From Chrysomallon squamiferum (taxonomy: Eukaryota; Animalia; Mollusca), in the NCBI GenBank assembly GCA_012295275.1, contig CM022679.1:11098001-11162000 (forward strand): a stretch of 64,000 bases of DNA, written 5' to 3'. The notes under the pieces were generated by a model that made no database searches, was not told the origin of the DNA, and saw nothing but the letters and a program-made list of their open reading frames with translations. A program made the translations under genes and the position numbers. Below are positions 28,734-41,968 of the stretch, one piece after another. The first letter of the stretch is position 1. Each line of letters begins with the position of its first letter.

Positions 28734-29664
28734 AATCATTATTTTTTCTTTTTACTTTCTTTCTTTTTTTCCCTTTTTTTTTTTATTCTCTCTCTTTTTT
28801 TTTTTTTTTCATTTTACGTCGACGAAATAAAATACAGTTTCATTCCATTATTTTACGTTTCCAAAGCAATTAAAGTAATTTATCTTGCTTTTTTTTTTTC
28901 TCTGAGCTGTTAAACATTTGATAAAATATCGCTTTCCAGACTTAATCTAATGGCGATGGAGCTCGCAGAGATTGTCCCTTCGTGTTTATTTGACAGTCAG
29001 ATGAAAAATGTTTTATGATACCTTACATATGGCGAATTTTCTCACGCGCGTTTTTTTTATTTTATTTATTTATTTATTTATTTATTTATTTTTTTATTTA
29101 TTTTATTTGTTTATTTATTTATTTTTATTTTTTTTATATTTATTTATGTATTTTATTTGTTTATATTTATTTTATTTATTTATTTATTTATTTTTATTTT
29201 TTTTATATTTGTATATATATATATATATAATTATTATTTACTTAGTAGTTGTAGTAGTAGCAGCATCTAGTACTATTAATAATTAATTTATTTATTTATT
29301 TATTTAATTATTTATTTATTAAAAATAAAACAACTTATTTTATTTTAATAACTGTGTGTACAATAAATGTGATGCTCCACCTTTCTAGAAAGTGGATCCG
29401 CCCTATTGCGCCGCCAGTCCCCGGAATGTAAATATTTCCTTAACCCGCGTCGTATGTATAACATTTCTTTTGATTTTCTCTTTTTATTTTTAAAATAATA
29501 AATAACATAAACATTAGGATTCTTTAACAGGCGTTATGTACAACTTTCCATGACAGAGAAACAAATATATAAATATATATAGTAAACAAAAACAAATTAC
29601 GAAAAAGTATCCATTAGATTCAAGTTGAAATGTTAACTTTGAATTTCTTAGATAATAATAATAT

Positions 29665-29717
<53 letters not shown>

Positions 29718-30007
29718 TAATAATAATAAAGCAATAAGAAACTGAATGTTTCTTTCGGATTGGTAAACCTTTTTTTTTTTCTCTCTCTTTTTTTTCCCCC
29801 CTTTTTAATTGTTCTCCAACAAAAAGCAAATCTATATCAAATAAAATGTTTTAAAAAATAAGACTTTCTAACGCGGTCGTATATCTAGCTACAACATTCA
29901 GTAATGTTTGATACACGTGCATACGTCAATTAAAGTGAAACATCCAATAAAAAACAAATTTCATTCATTCATTCTTTCTTCCCCGTCATCACTGTAAACA
30001 ACATTAT

Positions 30008-30052
<45 letters not shown>

Positions 30053-30462
30053 TGTTGTTGTTGTTATTATTATTATTATAATTGTCACTGTTATTACAAA
30101 CGTTCAAGATATAAGGTTTCTTTATTGTGCTGTTCGCGTCTTTTAAAAGGTTCGTAGCTACGTACTAGAACGTACTCCATAATTAAACTACAATACCAGG
30201 GACCATGCTTTATTTTTTTTATTTTTTTCCACCTAGACCACCCGTCCGCTTCGTTTCATTGCGTAAAGCAAAGGGTAAATCATTGGCCCGTACATCCGAC
30301 ACAAGTCACTTTTTTTTTTATTTACGAAAAAAAAAAAAAACACGAACCTTAACTTTCATTCAGTCAAAGTATAAAGGTATAGATAGGTCTTGGCAAAGCG
30401 CCAAAAATGGCGTATATATATATTGCAATTGTTATTGAGTGTCACAAAAGACGAGAGTTTCC

Positions 30463-30498
<36 letters not shown>

Positions 30499-30962
30499 TT
30501 ATTGTGACGTTCCGTCCTATTTTATTCGAGATCACAGTGAATCGGATAAGGTATACGTTGTCGTACTATGAAAGAAAGAGAGATCGTTTTAAAGTTTTCA
30601 CACGTGCGTGCAATATGTCATTTATCGAACGAATTACTAAGTTTGGTTTTCGTCAAGCTTCTGTTACGAACTAAACGCTGTTTAAATGCGAGTATCGTGT
30701 TAAAGATTTCGTCGTTAAATTATTTCTTTGCCTCGTAGATTGAATTTGTTTACGAATTAACAGGGTGGATTATATGTTGTTGTTTTGCGGGTTTAGTTCC
30801 ACATGTATATCGAACAGTATAAAGAGTTAAATTTCATTCAAAGGATTAAGTTCGTATCATTACGGCTAACTGACAAATTTATATAAATAAATTTAATTGT
30901 GACGTTGAATTGTTTCTACAGATAATGAGGCAATATATAAGAAACGTTTGACTCTTTAAAAA

Positions 30963-30998
<36 letters not shown>

Positions 30999-32163
30999 TT
31001 AATGGGAACTGAAACTAATATTAAAATTCTAATGATGTATTGAACATACTCGTTCAGTAAATCATAACTGCATATCATAGAGTTCAGAACGTTTACATCA
31101 AACTTCGTTCTTAATAACTGTATTATATCTAAATAATTACTAATAATCTTAATAATGTAAAAACCTCTCTTTGAGAATTATGTATTTCCCACCCTCTTTA
31201 TTAGGTTTTATTTTATTTTTATTATTATTAATATTATTTTTCTAGTTTTGCTAATGTTACAAAAAATTAAGAGTGTCCAATTCTTTAAACAACTACAAAA
31301 TCGAGACTATTAAGAGCAGACGTGAAATGTATTATTTCCGCCAAAAAGTGCTTCAGTCATATCTGCAAATTTACTTGTTCGTATTCTAATTTGTGTTATT
31401 TTCATCTGGACACCACATGTCTAGAAAATTAATTCACATTCATGTACAAACGCAGCAATAACTTCAAAGTGAATCGATCAGGTAGAACGGCGTGGGAACT
31501 GCAGTAATTGTGATATAGTATTTAAATATTAATACTGCTACTACTACTACTGTTACTGCTACTACTACTACTGCTACAACACTTCTACTACTAATAATAA
31601 TAAGATGAAGAAGAAGAAGAAAAAAAAACACGAAGCAAAAAATATGATGATGAAAACAACAAGGATAATATTAATGATGATGAAAACGTTAAAGTTACTA
31701 ATTATTCAAAGAATGAATCTGTATGTAATTATTATTAAAAACCAGTAATTAAATTCATATCACTGAACATTTTATAACTGAAAGTATAAACTGCATACAA
31801 TTAAATTATATATATTTTAGAAAAAAATAAAAAAAATAATAATAAAATAGGAGAAAACGAGCGAGGTTTGCTGAGACCAGATTAAAAACACGTTGGAGAA
31901 GGGCGGGTTCTGCCGGCGGTTACGAACCGCACACGCGACACGAGAAAACAGAACCACTGGGTGGTCCCCCGGGACCGCGAGCCTCGTAACCCGACCACAA
32001 TCTGAGAAATAAATATACTCCAGAGATATCCGAGAATTTCACAAGTGTCCATTGACGTTTAAACAGTGCCGCTTTTTGCCGGTAAACATACGTATTGTCA
32101 TATCAACGATTATGCACTTTAAAATGTCATTTGTATTTACATATGGCGTTATATTAATTTGGC

Positions 32164-32201
<38 letters not shown>

Positions 32202-32251
32202 TGTCTGTCAGTTTACATTTTCAAAATTTCTTGTATATATGTATATGCCTG

Positions 32252-32302
<51 letters not shown>

Positions 32303-33696
32303 CATGTATCACATTTTAAACAAATTATTTACTGGAACAAAGTGACACGTATCTGCAAATCACCTCTTTCAAAGAATAAGGTTTTACGAAGAAAAAAATA
32401 TCTTTTGTATTGAATTGAAATATTTCTTCTATTATTTATTTTCTTTTAATTTCGATTCATAAATGTCATGAAAACAACTACTTGATTTTCTAGTGTAGTC
32501 GCTTAAAATTAAGTTTTAAAAGAAAATATATCAATGTCAATAAAATATAATGGCTTATTAAAAACACTGAGAACATTTCAAAGGTATAAAGTGTCTAGAA
32601 ATTTACGAAACTTTTATACGTTAAAAATATACTGTTCAATTTTAATTTTTCGTTATGTTTAAGTTATTTCAAAAACTTTTCTTTATTTCAAAAAAAATAA
32701 ATGAACATTTATTATTATTTTCCAAGTAAGTTTTCAACATTTACATTTAAAATATATATATATATATATGTTTTAAATCTTTTTTTCTTTTTTCACTGAT
32801 ATTTATGGCGCCTCACATATGTAAGCAGATACTGCAGAAACAAACTGAGCCGTGGGCAAAACAACTGACAAATGACAACATAAACCAATTAACCGAAGGC
32901 AAAAATATGGCCACTAAAACTACGACACATCGTAAAGCGCGAAAATTGTGAATAAATTTGTCAAAGCAGAAAGCGATTTATAGTCTAGATTTGGGAGTCT
33001 GAGAGACCGCGTCAAGTCTAAACCGCAATTGAACGTCCCAAGAACAGTTGTCAAGAATATGTTATCACTGCTTGTTAGATAACATCAACAGAGAGGCCTG
33101 GGGTGTTACGTTTTTATTTATTTATTTTTTATATATATATATATATATATTTTTTTTTTTTCCCAAATACTTTATATTTATAAACAAAAAAGTTGGAACG
33201 GAAGAGACGGAAGACATCACAATTAATTACAATGCGTGTTAAAGTTAAAATGAAACTTTATCACTGGATAATAAGAATAGCTGTTAATAAAACATCGTTA
33301 AAATGAAATGTGTAACTTTATGAGCAGACGATCAAAAACAGATTTTTCTTCAAAAGCAGACGATGAAATGCTGATTAAGAAGAAATATTTCCTTCAATGA
33401 ATTATAGAATTAGTTTCGTATCTTGCGATTTTCAAGTTCAGAATTTTTTACGAGATAAGCAGTTTAAGTAAAGTAAATTAAAATCCAATTTTGCTTAAGG
33501 AAATAAGGAAAACATAGTTGAACATACATTTGCATTAAATTAAATGTTAAAGTATATCAATTTTTCATTGACTTCGTCGGATGAAAGAGAAAGGAAAAAT
33601 AAATCAAGGTAGAAAATTCCCAAAATTAATTTGAATGTCTGCGAGTTACACAATACATAAATTATATTATTTAAAAAAAAAACTTTAAAAACTTAC

Positions 33697-34055
33697 CTCC
33701 AAAGTTTTCCTAACGTCTTGCTAAGTTCAGCATTGTGCAAATGTGGGTACTGATCGGCTAACTTTCTCCGGGCAGCCTGGGCCCACACCATGAAAGCGTT
33801 CATGGGTCGTTTGATGTGGGGCTTTCTTTTCTCACCCCCTGCGTTTCGCGAGGGGGTCGACACAAGACTCCAGTCGTAACCCTTGAGCACATGAGAAACG
33901 GCTTCTTGAATCTGCGCTGAAAATTTGGGATCATCAGCGCCAAGACCTTTCATCCTTTCCCTCAGGCTGTCATCAATTGCATCCTTGTCCCCCTCGAAAT
34001 TCTGTGGGGAGGGGGAGCGGAGATCTGGGGAGCGGCTAGTGTCCAAGTCGCTCAT
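33697..34055 (-). CDS. SoxE: SoxE (Sox8/9/10-class) exon 1: N-terminus, dimerization domain, first part of HMG box
   Basis: Translation contains [17 protein letters not shown] (SoxE dimerization domain) and [42 protein letters not shown] (SoxE HMG box). Ends TGG AG|GTAAGT, a consensus phase-2 donor at 33696. Confidence 0.97.
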
Positions 34056-34390
34056 GTCAGTATAGTTATGTAGAAGTAGAGGATCCTTTCTCCAAACTGA
34101 AGAAGTTTGTTCTGGGTAGGTGAACGAGTTGTGTGTGTATTATAAATCTGTGATATGTCTTTGGGTAGGTCAACTGACAAAGTGATCCTGTAAGCTCGCT
34201 AACTTCTGTAATGAATTACGCAGATCCGGTGTCGTCTTTGACAGAGGGTACGAAACTGTTATTGACATATGCAAATGAAGCTGGTCGTAAACGTAGCCCC
34301 GCCTACTTCTTGCTCGTCTGCGGTGCGCCTGCGATGGGTTGATCTGGCCCGGTGCCGCGTGCTATTTGTCAACTTGACTCGAATTACCCT

Positions 34391-34464
34391 GAGTGAGGGC
34401 GGAAAAAAGACGGCCCGTTTTAATAGCTCGACTCTGGAATTAATTGTAGTCGGCTGCATCCAAT
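34391..34464 (-). promoter_or_regulatory. Candidate SoxE core promoter (TATA-like, Inr-like, CCAAT)
   Basis: Minus-strand TATTAAAA at 34425-34418, Inr-like TCACTC with its A at 34394 (31 bp downstream), and CCAAT at 34460-34464, all in a CpG-rich patch. Confidence 0.5.
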
Positions 34465-35614
34465 AATGTGCTAATAACATGAAAACAAACAGCGAGCGCG
34501 GGGGAACATTTAACTGGGATAATAAGTTAAAGAAATCCTCTCGTTTGATGGCACTTTTGAACGGTACTCGGTGCAGAAACGAACTTCCAGGATATATTTA
34601 TATAAAAACCAAAGATCGAGCTTGGACACACCTAAATTCGCGAAACACTAAAACAAAAATATCCGGTAATACCGTTCACGAACAAAATTGAGAAGTCCAG
34701 TTATATCGCTAGTTTCGTTAATATTCACTAGTATTTATTATCATATCTCAATCGGTCGCTTTATTTCAGCAATTATCTTATCTAGTAAAACTTCGTTCGA
34801 CAGCTATGTAGGTTTTTACTGTCTGAAATCTTAAAAGTTCAATTCAACATTGCCTTGAACTTACATGGTTAGTGATAATAAGTCAGCTACACGTCCAGTC
34901 ACGTGACCAGACGACCCGACCGAGCTTTATTTCATTGATGAACTAGATTTTATCTCATGCAGATCCAGAAATGAGCGGGAAACAGTAGCGAGTCTGAACG
35001 CGTTTTGCGTTCGATTGTTTGCAACAGACAAGTGCCTAGATATTATTATCAATAAGTTCATTTATACTTATAGTGAAACACCCTTACTGTTTTCCACCAA
35101 TAAATCGGCTGCATTATGTCACACCACGTACACCTTATTAAAAAGAATGTGCGTGTCTATGTAAAAATGAACACTGCATATTAATATGATAATTATTACG
35201 AGCAGAAACGTTACCGAGTAATAATCGGTCGAGACCAAATTCTATGGGTTTTTTATTCTGCTTGTAAATTCGACTCGATTTCTTTGTATGTGTTTGTGTT
35301 CATGAATGAATGAATGTTTAGCGACTCTACAAAACAACTTAATATTAATTGTTAACATCAGTCGTACGTTTCTTGTAATAGTAATAATATTGTTGCATAA
35401 ATTTGTGTGAATGAACAAATGAATTTTTGCATAATTTTTTTCGCACAATTTACTAGCTTGCACTGGCGTTTCGTTCACTTGTATGTATGTGAGTGATGTG
35501 CACCCAATAGCCGATATATATTTTTTTTTGTTATGGGATGTCGTTAAACATTCATTCGCGTTTAATTATATATAAATGCATTTAGAAAAAAACTGAAATC
35601 TTTTACTGATCCGA

Positions 35615-35671
<57 letters not shown>

Positions 35672-35862
35672 CATAGTAAATTGTATCAAAACCTTTTTCA
35701 TTTATGATTTTGTTTGTTTGTTTGTTTGCTTAACCTAGTAAATTACATTATTATTTTAGAATTCTTTTCCACAGTTTTCGAATTATCTGAAATTTAAATG
35801 CCAAACAGAAACATTCAAGTATAATAAAGAGTCAAAAATAAAATACTTATATTAATATTTGA

Positions 35863-35893
<31 letters not shown>

Positions 35894-36785
35894 ATATTAT
35901 TCCAGATAGTTTTAAAATCTGAGCAAAAAATAATTTTGATCTTTGAATTAAAATATATTTTAATGTTAAACTGTCTAGGTAATTTTATATTAGTAAGTTA
36001 ATCAGTCTTTTTTTACTGGTAAAATACGAATACTAATAATTTATAAAAAGGATTTAAAATATATTCTTCTACGTTATTTTATTTAATTTTGTTTTATTTT
36101 GTTTTGTTTTTCTTCATTCATACATATTTTTAAAATGGACATAGCTATAGTTGCTTTGTGCAAAAACAATTATATTTATATCTTCACTAAACTTAAAATT
36201 ACTTTCTGTTTATATTTGTTTCTTTATTCATTCTTCTTTTTCCTTTCACCACATTTAATCCCCCATTTATCCCCTCATTAATATAATAAATAAGAAGAAA
36301 AACAAAAAGAAGAAAAAGAAGAAGAAAAAATGACAAAAATGGTATTAATGCATAATAAAATTAATTAGTTTATAAGACAAATTTAATGAGTTTATACATA
36401 TAATATGTTTTATATATATATATATATATATATAAAACATATTATATGTAGAAACCCATTTAATGATTCTTACGAAGTAATTAATTTTATATATTTGACT
36501 ACAGTATGCAAGAATTATCTATATGTCAGAGAACCCCTCTGTTCAAACTGTATACATTCATGTGAAACTATTACTAAAACTACGTCTATCTATGCGCGTC
36601 AAGTATGAAAGCTAAATATATTTAATTAAATTCCAGCACTAAAGGTGCTTCAACACTAAAGCTATATGAATTTATGCGAATTTAGGTAGTTCTACATAAT
36701 TCTTTGTGAATTAATTATTACTGAATTTAAAGCCGTAACAATTTATACGAAAACCAGTGTTAATGGTTACAAATTTAAGCGAATC

Positions 36786-36824
<39 letters not shown>

Positions 36825-36924
36825 ATCAACGTCATACTTATCTATCTGTTAAAAATAAATAAAAGTTTTATGATAACAATGATTAAATTATATGTTTATT
36901 ATGATTTATCGGAATTAGTAGTAG

Positions 36925-36966
36925 TACTACAACTACTGCTGCTGCTGCTGCTACTACTACTACTAT

Positions 36967-37048
<82 letters not shown>
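36925..37048. repeat. Compound (CTG)(CTA)(TTA) trinucleotide microsatellite
   Basis: Directly visible; source of the poly-Leu ORF. Confidence 0.95.
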
Positions 37049-37050
<2 letters not shown>

Positions 37051-37379
37051 ATTTTAGAAACGGTTGTCCTAAAACCTTAAACCATAAGTATTCATATTCA
37101 AATTTAAGAATAATTTATTTAATGAGTAATAACATGAATATTCAAGAGTGAATAAATCATTACATAAGTGGCTTTAATCTGAAATTCGTTAATTTTGTTT
37201 TTCTGTGTATAATACAATCATGATAAGTATAAGCGGGAGGAAGAGAATGAAATAAAGAGGAAAAACGATAGCCATTTTGATTTTCTACGGGTTTATTAGT
37301 TTATTTATTAGTTTCAAGTAAGTAACAATAGTTCCCCAGAATTTAATAAAAGCGTTTCCTGAAATTTCACAAATATACA

Positions 37380-37412
<33 letters not shown>

Positions 37413-38122
37413 TAGTAGTAGTAGTAGTAGTATCTTATACACCTATGGTTATACGTAAAGATCGTTATAACATATCGTTCCGTCGTACGGCGCCTTTAGA
37501 CCTAGTCGCATCAAACGCGTTTAAGATTACGGCATGACTTACATCGAACAAAACTGAATAAAAGACAAAATCAAATTACTTTTATCAAAAATCTAAGCTG
37601 ATAAGACAGGAAGTACGTCGGATGTTACTTCGCAGCTAACGAAAAGCGCAGATCTTGTTTATTTTTTCTAAAGACAAAATTCTGTAAAAACAGATACAAA
37701 TATTTTCATTTAGAGTTTGAAATTCGGAGATTTCCAGTATTTATCTGTGTTGTTGATGTTGTGACTGTCGCTGAACACAACAACGCTGTGGAGAACTCTT
37801 TGTCGAAGCATGAAAACGTGATGTGGGTTGTTTCTGTATCTCCCTGTTATTTCTGTTTATGTGTGTGTTTCCTGCCTTTTGGCACTTAAATAAACTATTT
37901 TTATTATTATCGTTGTCGTTTATATATGTATATGTATGTATATATATATATTTGTATATGTTTATGTGTGTGTGTGTATATATATAAATATATATATTTC
38001 CATTTCTAATCCTACATTATTCAATAGTTCTATTGTCTTAGCTGTTTTGTAGACGTTTTTTTTTTAATTGTGTGTGTGTGTGTTGATGTTTTATTTTGTA
38101 GTTTTATCGTTTTTTTTTTTTT

Positions 38123-38153
<31 letters not shown>

Positions 38154-38347
38154 CATTATTTTAATTTATAGTTATTTATTAAGTCATTTAAGGAAAATTA
38201 ATCATAATCATACTAATTTTATTTCTTAGATACAGTTAAATACCAGATATTATATCTGTTTGTAACTAACTTTTTTCAGCTGTAAATATTCTGAATTTAT
38301 TTCGAATACTGTTGCACCTGCATTATTTCTTCATTTGTTTGTTTCTT

Positions 38348-38389
<42 letters not shown>

Positions 38390-38546
38390 TTGTTTGGTTG
38401 GTTATTCATTCGTTATTTTATTTATTTATTTATATATACATTAGAACAGACGTAACCCATTTCTGCCAATAATTTTACAAACTAATCAAACACAAACAAA
38501 AATAATTATTATTTATATTTATTTATTTTTTTAACATGCGAATAAT

Positions 38547-38614
<68 letters not shown>

Positions 38615-41056
38615 TATATATATATGTATATATGTTACTATTATGATAAATACAAATATATTTATTATCAGCTATTATTTTCTAATTTTAAATTCCTTGT
38701 GAGTAAATCCATTGTCAGTTCGTCATTTACGTCAATGGTCTACAGTTTATAGAAAATGCACGTGAAGAAACATTCCACAGTGGGTATATGATAGGGAATG
38801 TTCCTGAGCTCAGGTAACCCGCTAGGAAGTTCAGAAAGTAGCCAGGGAGATGGTGCGGCGCCGGACAAGTCTTAGAAAGCAATTATTAAGATGTTTCCAA
38901 GACGTGTGTGTACCCATATAATCTATTACCTCCAATATATCGTTGGGAGGGGATGCGATGAACATTTAGTTGAAAGCCAAACTCCCTCAAAGGCAAATTT
39001 ATTGATTGTTTCTTTTTGCAGAGTGTTTGAGGCGATGGTTTCATGAAAGGAAAGAGCAAAAACTGGTACTTGAAAACAAAACGAAACGCGAACAGCTCCT
39101 TGCGGGAAGCAGTTGGCAAGACGTTTGATGTTGCTGGAGAAATTGGCAGTGCTTTGAACGCGGATTCGACTTTCATGCGACGAAAGCACTTTGGCCGAGG
39201 CAGATAAAGTCGGAGTCTAGCATTGCGAGTCTGGGTGCTTCGAGCACCGAACACCATCAAACGGTGATGACAGGAAAAAGCGAAAGAGCGCGCAACCTGC
39301 AATTAATTTAGATAGCTAACTACGAAGCGAGACCTGGGGTGGGTTTGTCTTCCCACGCCCGTTTACCCCTCCGAAAGACCTTCGATGCGAGAGCGCCGCC
39401 CCCCCTTTGCCTGTGATCTGCGGTTAGCACCTTCAGTTAACAGGTTGTCGAGTGCTTCTTCATCTCGTGCGGAGGAATGGGGAGAGGTGGGCATTGCGTA
39501 ACGGGTTACGGGAACGGCGTAACGGTGCCAGCTAACTTCAAAGACGTTCCGTGCACTTGTCACGTTGTCTCTAACGCGACACAGTCGTTTCCACTTCCTG
39601 AAATTTTAACCAAAAAAGAGTTCCATAACCGTTACATTACGGTATGGCCTGGCTTAAGGACGTTACACTATGTTGTCATCTATTTATCTCTGTAACGGAG
39701 CAGTTTCTGAACTCTCAACACATCTCAACTCCAAAGTCATTAACTCGCATTCTAATTAATTTATGGCACCAGCCTTGCAGAAAGTTAAAACAGTCGAGAA
39801 GCATGTTATTAAGTACCGGAATGTATGTTGGAAATAATTTACAAAATGTTTATGTTAATTGATAATTATAATAAACAGGACGTAGAGTTTTGGAATAATA
39901 ATTATAAAGTCTTTTTTTTTTTTTTTTCTGCATTTACTGTTACGACTACTGGTAGTTTGAATAGTAATGAATAATAACATGTGTATTAGTATTAATAATG
40001 GCCATAACAGAACTGATAATAGTAATAGTTGTTGTTGAGCAGTATAAAGTAATAGTAGAAGCAATAGAAGTAGCAGCAACAGCATATAATTTGTAATTCA
40101 TTAATCTCTACACATATTATAATATCAATCCAATTTTTTTTATATATATAATTTTCCACTTGTCTCATTTCATCCATTATTCTCTACATCTGTTCATCGT
40201 TGATATTCTTTGTTTCTCACTTTTCTATCGTGTTGTTATATACTAAAATTAGCCGTTCCAATTTGTAATTCGGTTTACTCAATTAAAATTCTCGACGAAG
40301 CAATTGTTCTCGCTGTCGTATTTTAACCGTCCCAGGAAGCATTACAAATTTATCGTAGCCCTTAACACATAGGAGATGACCACACGGCGGGTTTCCGTTC
40401 TGACAGAAGTGTCTCACAGTACAAATATTTTGACGTCGAACGGCGTGAAATGATTTCTGTCATGACACTGATACGAAATTATTTTGCACTTGTTTTACGT
40501 CACGGATATCGGTGTTAAAAGACTGTTCGTAGTGGCCAGAATTTAATTTTAAATATTTCAAGTGCGGTCATCAGGTATGAAGAGGGATTGTTTTGTTTTC
40601 ATCCTGTAATATTAAATAATAAGCTTGATACGTATTTACATAGATTTATACAGTTTTCAGTACATATACAGACAAATATGCACACACAGAATAATACATA
40701 TACGCATATACATACATATATACTTGCATACATGCGTATGTACATACATAAATACATACATACAAACATAAACACACCTATATATATATATTTATTTATT
40801 TATATATATGTATGTATATCTATATGTATATGACAATGTATATAACCCGCTGACACATAATGAAATATATATTATCTCTCTACAGTTTATTATTTACACA
40901 GTTACGTATATCTACAGGCATAACAACTAATATTCCCATCAATATTATTTAACTGAATCACAGCCGAATCTTGCGGCATATAAATTCCATTTTCGAACTT
41001 TTTGCCCTTTATTTGCCGATCTCAGTTTGACCTCGCCACAAACAATAATAAATTAT

Positions 41057-41375
41057 ATATATATGTATGTATGCAAGTATGTATGTATGTATGTAAGTAT
41101 GTAAGTATGTAAGTATGTAAGTATGTATGTATGTATGTATATATGTATTTATGTATGTATGTATATATGTATATATGTATGTATGTATATGTGTATGTAT
41201 GTGTATATGTATGTGTGTGCATGTGTGTGTGTGTATGTATGTATATATGTATGTATGTCTGTGTGTGTGTGTGTGTATATATGTATGTATGTATGTGTGT
41301 ATGTGTGTGTATGTATGTATGTATGTATGTATGTGTGTGTATGTATGTATGTATGTATGTATATATGTATGCATG

Positions 41376-41414
<39 letters not shown>

Positions 41415-41423
41415 ATGTGTGTG
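41057..41423. repeat. Compound (TATG)n/(TG)n microsatellite
   Basis: Directly visible; source of six overlapping ORFs. Confidence 0.95.
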
Positions 41424-41866
41424 TTAGCTTTAAGTTAGCTCTCATAATTAACGTGGCTGCACCCTCAGGTTACCACAACATAAACATCAGAAATGTAATT
41501 CAGTGCAATAGAATTAACTAACCACTGAAGTAATTTGAAAATATGTAAAAACTGTGTGTTTCTCCACAAGTCTGCGTCGACTGGGAAGAGTTCTGAGTAT
41601 TAGTTAGGTTTGTCAAGAATATGCTGAACTGTTTTTTTTTTTCTTTTCTTTTTTTTTAATTAGCCATTATGTATATGAGAACTGTCACATTTTTTTAAGT
41701 GAGAAATAAATATGTAGGCGTACTGATGGTTTTGCAAATAAACACGGTGAAGGATAGTCGTTAAAAGCAGCAGTTGTTGTTTTGACAGTTTAACAAAAAA
41801 AAATTTTTGTGAAGTAAATATATGGAACAAACAAACAAAAAAACAACAAACTATCCCACTGAAAAC

Positions 41867-41868
<2 letters not shown>

Positions 41869-41953
<85 letters not shown>

Positions 41954-41968
41954 TGTGTGTGTGTGTGT
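41869..41968. repeat. (GA)n(GT)n microsatellite
   Basis: Directly visible. Confidence 0.95.

Noticed and set aside
34259-34276. Sox-Oct composite element
   Set aside because: The octamer is perfect but the Sox half is ATTGAC and the spacing does not fit the canonical composite.
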